From Squalus acanthias (taxonomy: Eukaryota): a DNA stretch of 64,000 nt. Positions 48,740 to 60,889 of this stretch are shown here, one piece after another. The position numbers and the translations under genes are program-made. Positions within the stretch are counted from its first letter, which is position 1. The number at the start of each line of letters is the position of its first letter. The DNA lies in the NCBI GenBank assembly GCA_030390025.1, contig CM059449.1, forward strand, positions 13,950,001 to 14,014,000, in the 5' to 3' direction. The notes beneath the pieces are model-generated. The model was not told the origin of the DNA. It saw only the letters and a list, made by a program, of their open reading frames with translations, and did no database searches.

Positions 48740-50925
48740 TATACCCACCTTTGGCCCATATCCCTTAATACTTTTGGTTAACAAAAATCTATCAATATCT
48801 GATTTGAAATTTACAATTGGAGCAGCATCAATTGCCGTTTGTGGAAGAGAGTTCCAAACTTGTAACAACCTTTGTCTGTAGAAGTGTTTCCGAATTCCAC
48901 TTCTGAAAGATCCAGATTTAATTTTTAGAATTATTTCCAATAATTTTCCCACCACCGAGATTAGTCTGACTGGCCTGTAATTATTCGGTCTATCCTTTTC
49001 TCCCATTTTAAACAATGGTACCACGTTAGCAGCCCTCCAGTCTTCCGGCACCACATCTGTAGCCCAAGGGGATTTGAAAATGATGGTCAGAGCCTCTGCT
49101 ATTTCCTCCCTTACTTCTCTTAACAGTCTGGGATACATTTCATCCGGGCCTGGGGATTTATCCACTTTCAAAGAGGCTAAACCCCTTAACACCTCCTCTC
49201 TCACTATGTTTATTTCATCTAATATTTCACACTCTTCCTCCCTGATTGTAATTTTTGCATTGTCCCTCTCTTTTGTGAAAACAGACACAATTTATTCATT
49301 AAGAACCATACCCATGCCTTTCGCCTCCACAAACAGGTTACCTTTATGGTCCCTAATAGGCCCTACTCTTACGTTAGTTAACCTTTTGCTCTTAATGCAT
49401 TTGTAAAACATCTTTGGATTTTCCTTGAATTTATTTGCCACTATTTGTTCATGCCCTCTCTTTGCTTGCATAATTTCCGTTTTAATTTCCCCCTGCACTA
49501 TCTATACTCCTGTATGGTTTCTGCAGTATTGAGCCTTCGGTATCAGTCATAAGATTCCCTTTTTTTCGTTATCATTCCCTGTATGCCCTTTAACATCCAG
49601 GGTGCTCAAGATTTGTTAGTCCCACCCTTTTTCTTTAAGGGGACATACTTGCTCTGAACCCTCACTATCTCCTCCTCGAATGCCTCCTACTGCTCTGACA
49701 CTGATTTGCCTTCAAGTTTCTGTCTCCAGTCCACTTTGGCTAAATCACATCTCAGCTTATTAAAATTAGCTGTTCCCCAATTGATAACTTTTTTTCTTGG
49801 TCTAACCTTGTTCTTTTCCATAACTACGCTAAATGTAACTGAATTATGATCAATACCACCAATATGCTCTCCGACGGATACCCTTTCCACCAGCCCAGCT
49901 TCATTCCCTAAAACTAGGTCCAGAACCGCCCCTCTCTTGTTGGGTTGCTACGTACTGGCAAAAAAAGTTCTCCTGAATGCATTTTAGGAATTCTGCTCCT
50001 TCTATACTCATCACGCAAATTTTATGCAAATTAATATTAGGGAAGTTGAAATACCCTAATATTACTGCCCTATTTTTGCACTTCTCAGAATTGTGCCTAC
50101 ATATTTGCTCTTCTATCTCCCTCTGACTGTTTGGGGGTCAATAGTACATTCCCAGAATATGATTGCCCCTTTTTTGCTTTTCAGTTCACCCATTTGGCCT
50201 CGTTGGATGATCCTTCTAAGATATCATCCCTCCCAGTGGCCTAACCGAGTAACCAGGAGTGTTGAGCTGCCATGCCTACCCTTCTTTCAGCCATGTCTCA
50301 GTAATAGCTATAATATCATACTCCCACGTGTCTATCTGTGCCCTCGGCTCATTTGCTTTATTCCCTAGACTCCTTGTGTTGAAGTATATCTCATTTAGCA
50401 CTGCCAAACTCCCTTGTTGTCTATTTTCTAGCCTTTGTTTCCTCTGCCTTCCAAACTGGCTTACTAATTTTCTGCCTTCAATTTCCAGCTTTGCTTCTCT
50501 CTCTTCTGAATCTACTCTCAGGGTCCCACCCCCCTGCCAAGCTGGATTAAACCCTCCCCAAAAGCATTAGCAATGCCCACACCCCGCGAGGATATTGGTC
50601 CCGGTCTTGTTGAGATGCAACCCTTCCGGCTTGTACAAGTCCCACCTCCCCTAAAAACGGTCCCAATGCCTCAGGAATCTCAAGCCCTCCCTCCTGCGCC
50701 ATCTCTCCAGCCATGCATTCATCTGCTCTATCCTCCTATTCCTGTACTCACTAGCACGTGGCACCAGGAGTAATCCGGAGATTACTACCTTTGAGGTCCT
50801 GCTTTTTAATCTCTTTCCTAGCTCCCTAAAATCTGCCTGCAGGACCTCATCCCTCTTTCTACCTATGTCGTTGGTACCAATATGGACCACGACCTCTGAC
50901 TGTTCACCCTCCCCCCTCAGAATGG
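48740..50925 (-). mobile_element. Internally deleted CR1 including an ORF1 SGNH-esterase remnant (related copy ~51440-53515)
   Basis: VHIGTNDIGRKR...VVISGLL...NAWLERW at 50651-50890, plus endonuclease/RT pieces. Confidence 0.85.
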
Positions 50926-51147
50926 CTTATATTGGATGTTTGCAGTAACTTCGAGTTCCACTTTTTCAGACCATAACCTCTGCCAGTATTTCCAGCATTT
51001 TCTGTTTCAATGCCAAAATGTCTTATTTCTCCGTACATTTTCTAAATTTTCAAGAATGCCACGTCAATAATTCACTCGAATACCTGTGTTGCAATAATTC
51101 TATAATAGAAAGCCATACTGTGCTTTGTACCTAAGCGTGGGAATGTG

Positions 51148-51222
51148 TGTCCCGTGACCTAATGGATAAAGCATTGGTCTTTCTAAGCCGCGAGATTGTG
51201 GGTTCGAGTCTCAGCTGGGGTG
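51148..51222 (+). pseudogene. tRNA-Arg-derived degenerate copy
   Basis: ...CCTAATGGATAAAGCATTGGTCTTTCTAAGCC...GGGTTCGAGTCTCAGCTGGGGTG; stems broken. Confidence 0.75.
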
Positions 51223-53861
51223 TGAAATTTTAGTGTTAGCCGTGGATCAATGGGTAACACTCTCACCCCTGGGTCAGAAGGCTGTTGGTCCCACTCCAAA
51301 AAATTGAGCACAAAAGTCTCCGCAGCAGATTCAGAGATTCAGAGTTTCATCGGAACAGGAGTCGGCCTTTCAGCCCCTCGAGCCTGTTCCACCATTCAAT
51401 GAGATAGAGGCTGATCTGCGACATAACTCATATGCCCATAACAATTGATCCAGCATCAATTGCTGTTTGCGAAAGAGAGTTCCAAACTTCTAACACCCTT
51501 TATGTGTAGAACTGTTTCCTAATTTCACTCCAGAAAGATCTGGCTTTAATTTTTGGACAATGCCCCCTAGTCCAAGAATTATTTCCAATAATTTTCCCAC
51601 CACCGAGGTTAGGCTGACTGACCTGTAATTACTTGGTCTATCCCATTCACCCTTTTGAAACAAGGGTACCACGTTAGTAGCACTCCAGTCACCCGGCACC
51701 ACAGCTGTAGCAGGAGCGGATTGGAAAATGATGGTCAGAGCCTCTGCTATTTCCTCTCTTACTTCACTTAACAGTCTGGGACACATTTCATCCGGGCCTG
51801 GGGATTTATCCAATTTCAAAAATACTTAACCCCTTAATACTTCGTCTTTCACGATGTTTATTTCATCTAATATTTCACACACCTCCTCCCTGATTGTAAT
51901 TTCTGCATCGCCCCTCTCTTTTGGGAAAACAGACACAAAGTATTCATTGTGAACAATACCCATGTCTTCCACCTCCACACACAGGTTACCTTTATGGTCC
52001 CTAATAGGCCCTACTCTTATTTTAGTTCTCCTCTTGCTCTAAATGTATTTAAAAAACATCTTTGTGTTTTCCTTGATTTTACTTGCCAATATTTCTCAAT
52101 GCCCTCTCTTTGCTTTCCTAACTTCCTTTTTAGTTTCCCCCTGCACTTTCTATACTCCTCTAGGGTTTCTGCAGTATTGAGCCCTATTTATCTGTCATCA
52201 GCTTCCCTTTAGATCTTTATAAAAAAAATAAACAAGAAAGACTTCTATTTATATAGTCTTGCATTTACATTTATCCTTCCCTGCTCTGACATTGATTTAT
52301 CTTCAAGTTTCTGTCTCCAGTCCACTTTGGCTAAATCACATCTCAGCTTAGTAAAATTAGCTTTTCCCCATTTGAGCACTTTTATTCCTGGTCTATTCTT
52401 GTCTTTTCCCATAACTAAGCTAAGTCTAACTGAATTATGATTACTACCACCAATATGCTCTCTCACTGATAACCGTTCCACCTGCCCAGCTTCATTCCAT
52501 AAAACATCGTCCAGAACAGGGTTGGGCTTAGGACACTGCCCTGAGGAACTCCTGTAGCGAGGTCCTGGGGCTGTGATGATTGACCTTCAACCACCACAAC
52601 CATGTTCCTTTGAGTTCGGTATGACTCCAGCCAGTGGAGAGTTTTCCCCCCGATTCCCATTGACTTCAGTTTTACTCGGGCACCTTGATGCCAAACCCGG
52701 TCAAATGCTGCCTTGATATCAAGGGCTGTCACTCTCACCTCACCTCTGAAATTCAGCTCCTTTGTCCATGTTTGGGCCAAGGCTGTAATAAGGTCGGGAG
52801 ACGAGTGGTAATGGTGGAACCCAAACTGGGCATCAGTGAGCAGGTTATTGGTAAGTAAGTGCCACTTGATAGCACTGTTGATGATACCTTCCATTACTTT
52901 GCTGATGATTGAGAGTAGACTGATGGGGCGGTAATTGGCCGGATTGTATTTGTCCTGCTTTTTATGGACTGGACGTACCTAGGCATTTAGCACAGCCAAA
53001 CTCCCTTGTTGTCGATTTTCTAGTCTTTGTATCCTCTGCTTCCAAACTCGCTTACTAATTTTCTGCCTTCCATTTCCAGCTTTGCTTCTCTCCTTACTGA
53101 ATCTACTCTCAGGTTCCCATCCCCCTGCCAAGCTGGTTTAAACCCTCCCCAACAGCACTATCAATTACCCCCACCCCACGGGAGGATATTGGCCCTAGTC
53201 CTGTTAACGTGCAACCCGTGAGGGTTGTACAGGTCCCACCTGCCCCAGAAACGGTCCCAATGCCTCAGAAGTCTAAAGTCCCCCGTCCTGCACCATCTCT
53301 CCAGCCACGCATTCTTCTGCTCTATCCTCCTGTTCCTGTTCGCACTAGCACATGGCACCAGGAGTAATCTGGAGATTACTACCTTTGAGGTCCTGCTTTT
53401 TAATCTCTTCCTAGCGCCCTAAAATGTGCCTGCAGGACCTCATCCCTCTTTCTACCTATGTCGTTTGTTCCGATATGGACCACGACCTCTGGCTATTCAC
53501 CCTCCCCCCTCAGAATGGCTTATATTTGATGTTTTCAGTAACTTCCAGTTCAACAGTTTCAGACCATAACCTCTGCCAGTATTTCCAGCATTTTCTGTTT
53601 TAATGCCAAAATGTCTTATTTGTCCGTACATTTTGTAAATTTATAAGAATGCCACGTAAATAATTCACTTGAACACCCGTGTTGTACTAATTCTATATTA
53701 TAAATCCATACTGTGCTTTGTGTCCAGGGGTGGAGAATGTGATGCAATTTCGTATCTGAAGTGAGCAGCGAAGTTACAGAGTTACTGAAAAGTATACAAA
53801 AGTAAACAACGGCAGTGCAGAGGAAGCCTCATGCAACCAGATCAGCTTGCCTTCCATTCAG

Positions 53862-54545
53862 ATTACATAGGATTACATAGGATATACGGCACAGAAACAG
53901 GCCATTCGGCCCAACAACTCCATACCGGCGTTTATGCTCCACATGAGCCTCCTCCGCTTTTTCCTCATCTAAATCTATCAGCGTAACCCTCTATTCCCTT
54001 TTCCGTCATATGCTTGTCTAGCCTCCCCTTAAATGCATCTATACTATTCGCTTCCATCACTCCCTGTGGTAGCGAGTTCCACATTCTCACCACTCTTTGG
54101 GTAAAGAAGTTTCTTCTGAATTCCCTACTGGATTTCATGGTGACTATCTTATATTGATGGTCTCTAGTTATGATCTTCCCCACAAGTGGAAACATTCTCT
54201 CTGCAGCCATTCTATCAACATTTTTCATAATTTTAAAGACCTCTATTAGGTCAACCCTCAGCCTTCTTTTTTCAAGTGAAAAGAGATCCAGCCTGTTCAT
54301 CTTTTCCTGATATGGATACACTCGCTTTTCTGGTATCGTCATTGGGAATCTTATCTGCACACTCTCCAGTGCCTCTATATCCTGTTTATAATATGGCGGC
54401 CAGAACTGCACACAGTACTCTAAGTGTGGTCCAACCAAGGTTCGATTATTGTTTAGCATAACTACCCTACTTTTCAATTCTATCTCCCTAGAAATAAACC
54501 CTAGTGCTTGGTTTGCTTTTTTATGGCCTGTGTCGCAGCTTTGAG
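53862..54545 (-). mobile_element. CR1 3' fragment
   Basis: ORF 53965-54477; same subfamily as 18491-19452. Confidence 0.88.
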
Positions 54546-55127
54546 CAACATTCGCATCATCCGCCTTTGTCCTTTATTAGTGCAACAAAAGGTTCTTGTG
54601 GTTACCCACTCCACCAACTAGCTAGGAGATATTTAAAAAGTGGATCAGCCCGCCCAAGCCCGTTTCAAAGAGGAACTCCAATAATGACAAATAGTCACAA
54701 TTACCGATATAATTTGGGAACTGCTGGGTCGTTGCAGTGAATTGGGAGATTGCAATCCAACAGCAAAATTCAGGTTCCTTATAAAGCAAGGCAGCGAAGA
54801 GGCCGTGGTTTGTTTCTCGACTCAGCTTCTGGATGGAATTCACGTGCAACCATCGAGTGAATAAATAATTCAAGAATGATGTATTTCGATTTATTTTAAT
54901 CACGGTGTACAGGCCATGTTCAATCTGTGCGCGTTTCTATTGAAGTGCCATGGGCCTCAATACAATGGGTTTAATGAGGTTACCGTAAACAAACCTATGT
55001 TGAGCCGATAAACTATAATTCAATATGGGCTCCCCAAGGTTATTTATATTGTAGTAATGAGGCTGTGAAGCTGTTTTAAAAAATATGCGAATCTAGTCAA
55101 GAACACGAGTTCAGACTTGCCGCGTGT

Positions 55128-55789
55128 GAACATAAGAACATAAGAACATAAGAAATAGGAGCAGGAGTAGACCAATCGGCCCCTCGAGCCTGCTCCGCCA
55201 TTCAATGAGATCATGGCTGATCTGATCCAACCTCAACTCTAAAGAACACAAGAAGTAGGAGCAGGACCAGGCCACTCGGCCCCTGGGCCCGCTCCGCCAC
55301 CCACAGGGCCTTGACCGATCCGAACTCAAACTCATGTCCAATTTCCAGCTCGCTCCCCGTAACCCCTGATTCACTTTACTTCTAGGAAACGGTCTATTTC
55401 TGTTTTAAATTTATTTAATGAAGTAGCTTCCACAGCTTCCTGGGGTAGCAAATTCCACAGACCCACTACCCTCTGAGTGAAAAAGTTTCTCCTCATCTCA
55501 GTTTTGAAAGAGGAGCCCCTTATTCTAAGATTATGTCCCCTAGTTCTAGTTTCACCCATCATTGGGAACATCCTCACCGCGTCCACCCGATCAAGCCCCT
55601 TCACAATCTTATATGTTTCAATAAGATCGCCTCTCATTCTTCTGAACTCCAATGAGCAGAGTCCCAATATACTCAACCTCTCCTCGTATGTCCACCCCCT
55701 CATCCCCGGAATTAACCGAGTGAACCTTCTTTGTACTGCCTCGAGAGCAAGTATGTCTTTTCTTAAGTATGGACACCAAAACTGTATGC
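55128..55789 (-). mobile_element. Young CR1 3' fragment
   Basis: Near-identical to 9790-10443. Confidence 0.92.
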
Positions 55790-56261
55790 GTGGAGACCAT
55801 TCTGTTCATCTTGTGTCTTGTATTGGTGATTATTGTATACACACTGAAAAATGTCAAGTGAACATTAATTCATCATTCAATGGGGGCAAATTGAATTTAT
55901 AGCGATTGTGTACAATAGACGATATAGAATTTATCGTCTAGAGTTCACTAGAGTTTAGAAGAATGAGAGGGGATCTCATTGAAACGTATACAATTCTGAC
56001 AGGGCTGGACTGACTGGATGCAGGGAGGATGTTTCCCCTGGCTTGGGGGTCTAGAACGAGGTGTCACAGTCTCAGGATACGGGGTAGGACATTTAGGACT
56101 GAGATGAGGAGAAATTTCTTCACTCAGAGGGTGGTGAACCAGTGGAATTCTCTACCACAGAAGGCTGAGGAGGCCAAGTCACTAAATATATTTAAGAAGG
56201 AGATAGATAGATTTCGAGAAACAAAAAGCATCAAGGGGTATGGGGAGAGAGCAGAAATATT

Positions 56262-57005
56262 GGCCCAGAAATTGATCTCGCTCTGTTCCCGCGGGGGTAA
56301 GCCTTTCCCGCGATGTCTCACCTCGCTTATGCTTTTTCTGATCCAGCTCGCACGAAATTGATGTTCCAGACATCAGCTGTGCTGGGCTTGCGTATCCCAG
56401 CGGCGCAGTTAATTCGTGCGAGCTGTGGGATCACGTGACTCAGTTAGAGCCAATGGCAGCACACCATCTTCCATTCATAAGTCTCACAGCATGGCTGAGA
56501 GACTTATGAATCTTACACCCCCCCAAAATAACAGCTAAACCTCAATTAAATTTAAAAAAAAACCCATCACATTAATAAAATAAGTATAGTTAATTAAATT
56601 AACCATTTTAAATAAAAAATTAAATTTTTGAAAAAATTTAAAATCTTTTAAAAAGTTATAAAAATAAACTTACCTGTCTTTAAAGTCTATAAAAAAGATA
56701 TACCTGTAAAAAAAAATTCAAAAAAATACTTAATTCACTACTTACCTTCTTAAAAGCGGGTCTTACTCCTCCTTTTTACATTTCCAAAATCTTCAGTACT
56801 TACCTGCGCGTCCAAAGCATGAAGTGCACAGCGTGCGCGCAGCCTGTAGCGCGCACGCGATGCACTCCGGCCCCGCCCCCTTTTCGGAAGAGCAATTGCC
56901 GGTTTTCAGCGCATGCGCAGGGCATGCAGAAAACCGGCAATTGGAGTGGGAATACGCGAGAGTATGCAGTGCGTACTCTCGCGTCCCGGGATCAAGTTTC
57001 GGCCC
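56262..57005 (+). mobile_element. 744-bp non-autonomous DNA transposon (MITE-like, possibly PIF/Harbinger)
   Basis: Absent at the orthologous block A site (~1750). Imperfect TIRs GGCCCAGAAATTGATCTCG / CGGGATCAAGTTTCGGCCC; flanks ATT/ATG. Confidence 0.7.
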
Positions 57006-58458
57006 ATGGTATTGAGATAAAGGATCAACCATGATCATATTCAATGGCGGAGCAGGCTCGAAGGTCCGAATGGCCTACTGCTGCTCCTATTTTTCTATGT
57101 TTTTCTATGTTTCTATGTCCATTGTAGGCCCGGACCGATATTCCCTTCCATTGGCTAGTTGACAAGGTTAGGAATCGATTTAATAAAGGTTTTTTTTAAA
57201 CTATGTAGGGTATTGCTAGGGTAAATCGCCGGTTGTGGTTTCTGTGGCGAGGGATGGTCACTTTGAAATTGTCACCAAGAGATGTTGGGAGAAATGTGCT
57301 TGTGCGGAAGATTGTTGGAGAGTGGAGTGCATTGCCACAGGGAGCAGTAGATGCAGACACCATTGCTCGCTGAAATTGTGAATGGAACTTTAGTCGGTGC
57401 AGTCATTGTTCGAAGGGGTGCTGGCAATATTCCCGATGTGCAACTGACTGTAGATTTGAGCAGGATTCAACCTCTCAAGTTCATTGTAAGCAGCCTGATC
57501 TCCCAGCATCGAATCCTTTAAAAACAGGAAGAAATTTTCATTCATTTAACTCTTCGATCAACTTATTTTAAGTTATTGCAAGATAGCCCGGTAATATATC
57601 ATTTAACATTTATGTAGAATCTACATCACGCCGATTGTCAGATTCGTTCTATGAGAAGCTGTTGATAACTGGAGGTGAATGAGCAAGTAACAGTTAAAAT
57701 CATGTATTATGTACTTGTAATAATAACCTTTACAATTTTGCAAGGGCAGCCTAGTGTTCGTGATCATATTGATGTGATATATCTATTTATGGGGTAGATT
57801 TTCAACTTGCCTCCTGAGCATTGGAAAGGATAATCCAACGGGGAGTATAACGGGTGGCTGATCCACCAACGCCTGTTTTTCACCCCCGCCCAAGTTCAAT
57901 TTCACCTCCTGACACTGGCCTGCTGTGTGTTTGTAACTTTTTCTTTGGTTCTGTTTCCGAGTTGCATTCTTTTTCTTTTAACTTATGCAGTTATCTATAA
58001 CTTGGGCTTATTACGCATATGCGCTGATTAAATTTCCAAGCAGTTGTACTTTTGGAGCCCTGTTGACGGCCAATAGCGAATTAATTTGGCCCATTTAACA
58101 CTATAAACTGACCAGCATATTAACCTGCTGTTGACTATTAATATTATCCTATAAATCATTCAGAAAAGCACAAAGCCACAGAATTTAATTAATCTGATAT
58201 TGATGCATTGTGACGTTGGTGTTACCTGCAAAACCTAGCTGTTTTCTACTTTAAAGTAAGGAATTAAGAAGTTATAATTGAAACGTCAAAACGTCAAACA
58301 AAACGTATTCAGGTTTGATAACTCTTTTAACTGTACTGAAAGTTGCTATATTCCTCCCTCTAATTTTAGGTATCCAGTCTAAATCGTTTTTTTTATTTTG
58401 TATTTGACAACTTGGAGAAGTTTAAGACAGTCGAGGAGAGAGGGCAATGCCTACAGTA

Positions 58459-58532
58459 GCCCCAGTGGCCTAATGGATAAGGCACTGGTTCCTCTAAGCT
58501 AGGGATTCCGGGTTCGTGTCCCAGCTGGAATG
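58459..58532 (+). pseudogene. tRNA-Arg(CCT) degenerate copy
   Basis: Duplicate of 3516-3589; anticodon loop and acceptor 3' strand mutated. Confidence 0.8.
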
Positions 58533-59672
58533 AGGTGAAATTTTAATGTCAGCCGTGGATCAATGGGTAGAATGAGTTCGAATGTTGTTGCTCCCACTCC
58601 AGAAACTTGAGCACAAAACTCTCGGTAGCAGTTTCATCGGTTCATAGAAAGAGGAGTCGGCCTTTCAGCCCCTCGAGTTTCGCCATTCGATGAGATCATG
58701 GCTGATTTGCGATCTAACGCCTTTGGCCCATATCCCTTAATACTTTTGGTTGACAAAAATCTATCAATCTCCGATTTAAAATTAACAATTGATCCAGCGT
58801 CAATTGTCATTTACAGAAGAGAGTTCCAAACTTCTACCACCCTTTGTGTGTAGAAGTGTTTCCTAACTTCACTCCTGAAAGATCTGGCTCTAATTTTTAG
58901 ACTGTGCCCCCTAGTCCTAGAATCCCCAACCAGCCGAGATAGTTTCTCCCTATCTACCCTTTCTGTTCCCCTTAATATCCTGAAAACTTCAATTAGATTA
59001 TCCCTTAACGTTTTAAATTCTAGGGAATATAATCCTAGTTTGTGTAATATTCATTGGATTGAAATTAAAGAAGAAAAGCTTGCATTTAAAAAGCGCTTTA
59101 CACGACCTCGTGACGTCCCAACGCGCTTTACAGCCAATTAAGTACTTTTAAAGTGCAGTCACTGTTGTAATGCAAGAAACGCGGCAGCCAATTTTCGCAC
59201 AGCAAGGTCCCACAAATGTGATAATGACCAGATAGATAATCTGTTTTCTAAGTGATGTTGGCTGAGGGATAAATTATTGGCCAGGACACCGGGGAGAACT
59301 CCCCTGCTCTTCTTCAAAATAGTGCCATGGGATCTTTTATGTCTACCTGAAAGAACAGGCGGGGCCTGGGTTTAACGTCTCATCCGAAAGATGTTAAACC
59401 CATGACTGCAACATCATGAGGGGTTTGGACAGGGTAGATTGAGAGAAACTGTTCCCATTGGCAGAAGGGTCGAGAACCAGAGGACACAGATTTAAGGTGA
59501 TTGGCCTTCTCCGTGTTGTAAACATTCTGTGATTCGACCTCCGACAGCACAGCACTCACTTCACTGGACTGCAGCGTCCGCCGAGACATTTTGTGCTCAA
59601 GTTTCTGGAGTGGGGCCCAGAGAGTTGAGAATGCTTCAGACTGAGCCACGGGTGACACTAAAATTGCTATCG

Positions 59673-59745
59673 CACCCCAGATAGGATTCGAACCCACAAT
59701 CCCTGACTTAGGAGGCCAGTGCCTTACCCATTAGGCCACTGGGGC
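59673..59745 (-). tRNA. tRNA-Arg (CCT), near-intact
   Basis: 73 nt and cloverleaf-compatible, but with extra G:U pairs in the anticodon and T stems; T4 downstream. Confidence 0.65.
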
Positions 59746-60627
59746 TACTACACGCAAACACGACTCTCCTCTACTATCTCTTACTACTCCAAGTTTTCAA
59801 AAATGTGGAATTTATAATACCTCCCTCCGTCTTCCCACAATCTACGGGCTTTTAAAACACAAGGTTGGCCTCATCTAATTATTAGTTGATTTGCCTCATC
59901 CTGTCCCTTGCTCTTTTTAACCTTGGTTGCTCAGTTAGAAACTAACAAAATTCTCTTACCGCCTGTCCCGTGTCTTCGGTTCTATTGGCTACAATACAAG
60001 ACGGGGGAGAGCTCACAGTTCAACCTACTACTTAACCTTTTAAGAAATATAATTCTTGACATCAGATGAGCGGGGTAGATTTGGGGTTTGGAATAGATCT
60101 TGACTTTGTGCGGTCGCGCCAAACGGGTGATGCCAATGGAAACCAGCATCGGGAAAGATGGAAAGCGGGCTGCCAATTGGCTGTTGCCCGTTTAACACGA
60201 ACGCGCAAAGTTAAAATCTAACGCGACAATCGGAGTCAGATACATGTTTTCCGCCTCACAGAAGTTGTGAAAAAATGCCATTAATATAATTTCAATAATT
60301 CTGGTTTAATAATATGGGTCGATTTCCTTTGGTTCCTACTGGGTATAGACTTGCATTTAAAAAGCGCCTTTCATCTCCTCAGGATGTCCCAAAGCGGTTT
60401 ACAGCTAATGAAGCACTTTTTGAAGTGTAGTCGCTGTTGTAATGTTGGAAACGCGGCAGCCAGTTTGCGCACAGCAAGCTCCCACAAACAGCAATGTGAT
60501 AATGACCAGATCATCTGTTGATTTAGTGATGTTGGTTGAGGGATAAATATTGGCCCAGGACACCGGGGAGAACTCCCCTGCTCTTCATCGAACAGTGGCC
60601 CTGGGATCTTTTAAGTCCACCTGAGAG

Positions 60628-60889
60628 TCTGAGACTCTGTCAGGTCGGAGAGTTTAATGAAAATTCTCACCTTGTTAAATGAACTGATGTCCGAGTTTTC
60701 CAGCCGCCCTTTAGAAATCAGACTTTTGCCCAAATCACCAGCGTTTTTTTCATCTCGTGTCCACGGGACTGCCGATCGGTGAGCCCTATTCCGCCATAAT
60801 TCACGGCGCAGTTCAGTGGCTCTGACTCTCCCTCTACTGCACTTGAGAATTCGCAAACTGGAATTCGGCGAGACTCACTCTCTGGTCTC
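60628..60889 (-). pseudogene. NCR3-like V-exon relic, copy B
   Basis: Duplicate of 6657-6918 (offset 53971) with the same frameshift and SINE junction. Confidence 0.85.

Larger units (their letters stand above)
37410..55020 (+). repeat. Tandem array of a ~3.46-kb unit (Penelope end + tRNA-Arg + SINE head + CR1 pieces + unique segment)
   Basis: Markers recur at 38071/41533/~45007 and 39968/43451/46904. Three near-identical units (~37.46-47.86 kb) are followed by more diverged or partial units to ~55.0 kb. Confidence 0.92.

Noticed and set aside
37410-55020. CRISPR-like or prokaryotic repeat system
   Set aside because: Units are kilobase-scale eukaryotic duplications, with no short repeat-spacer structure and no cas genes.
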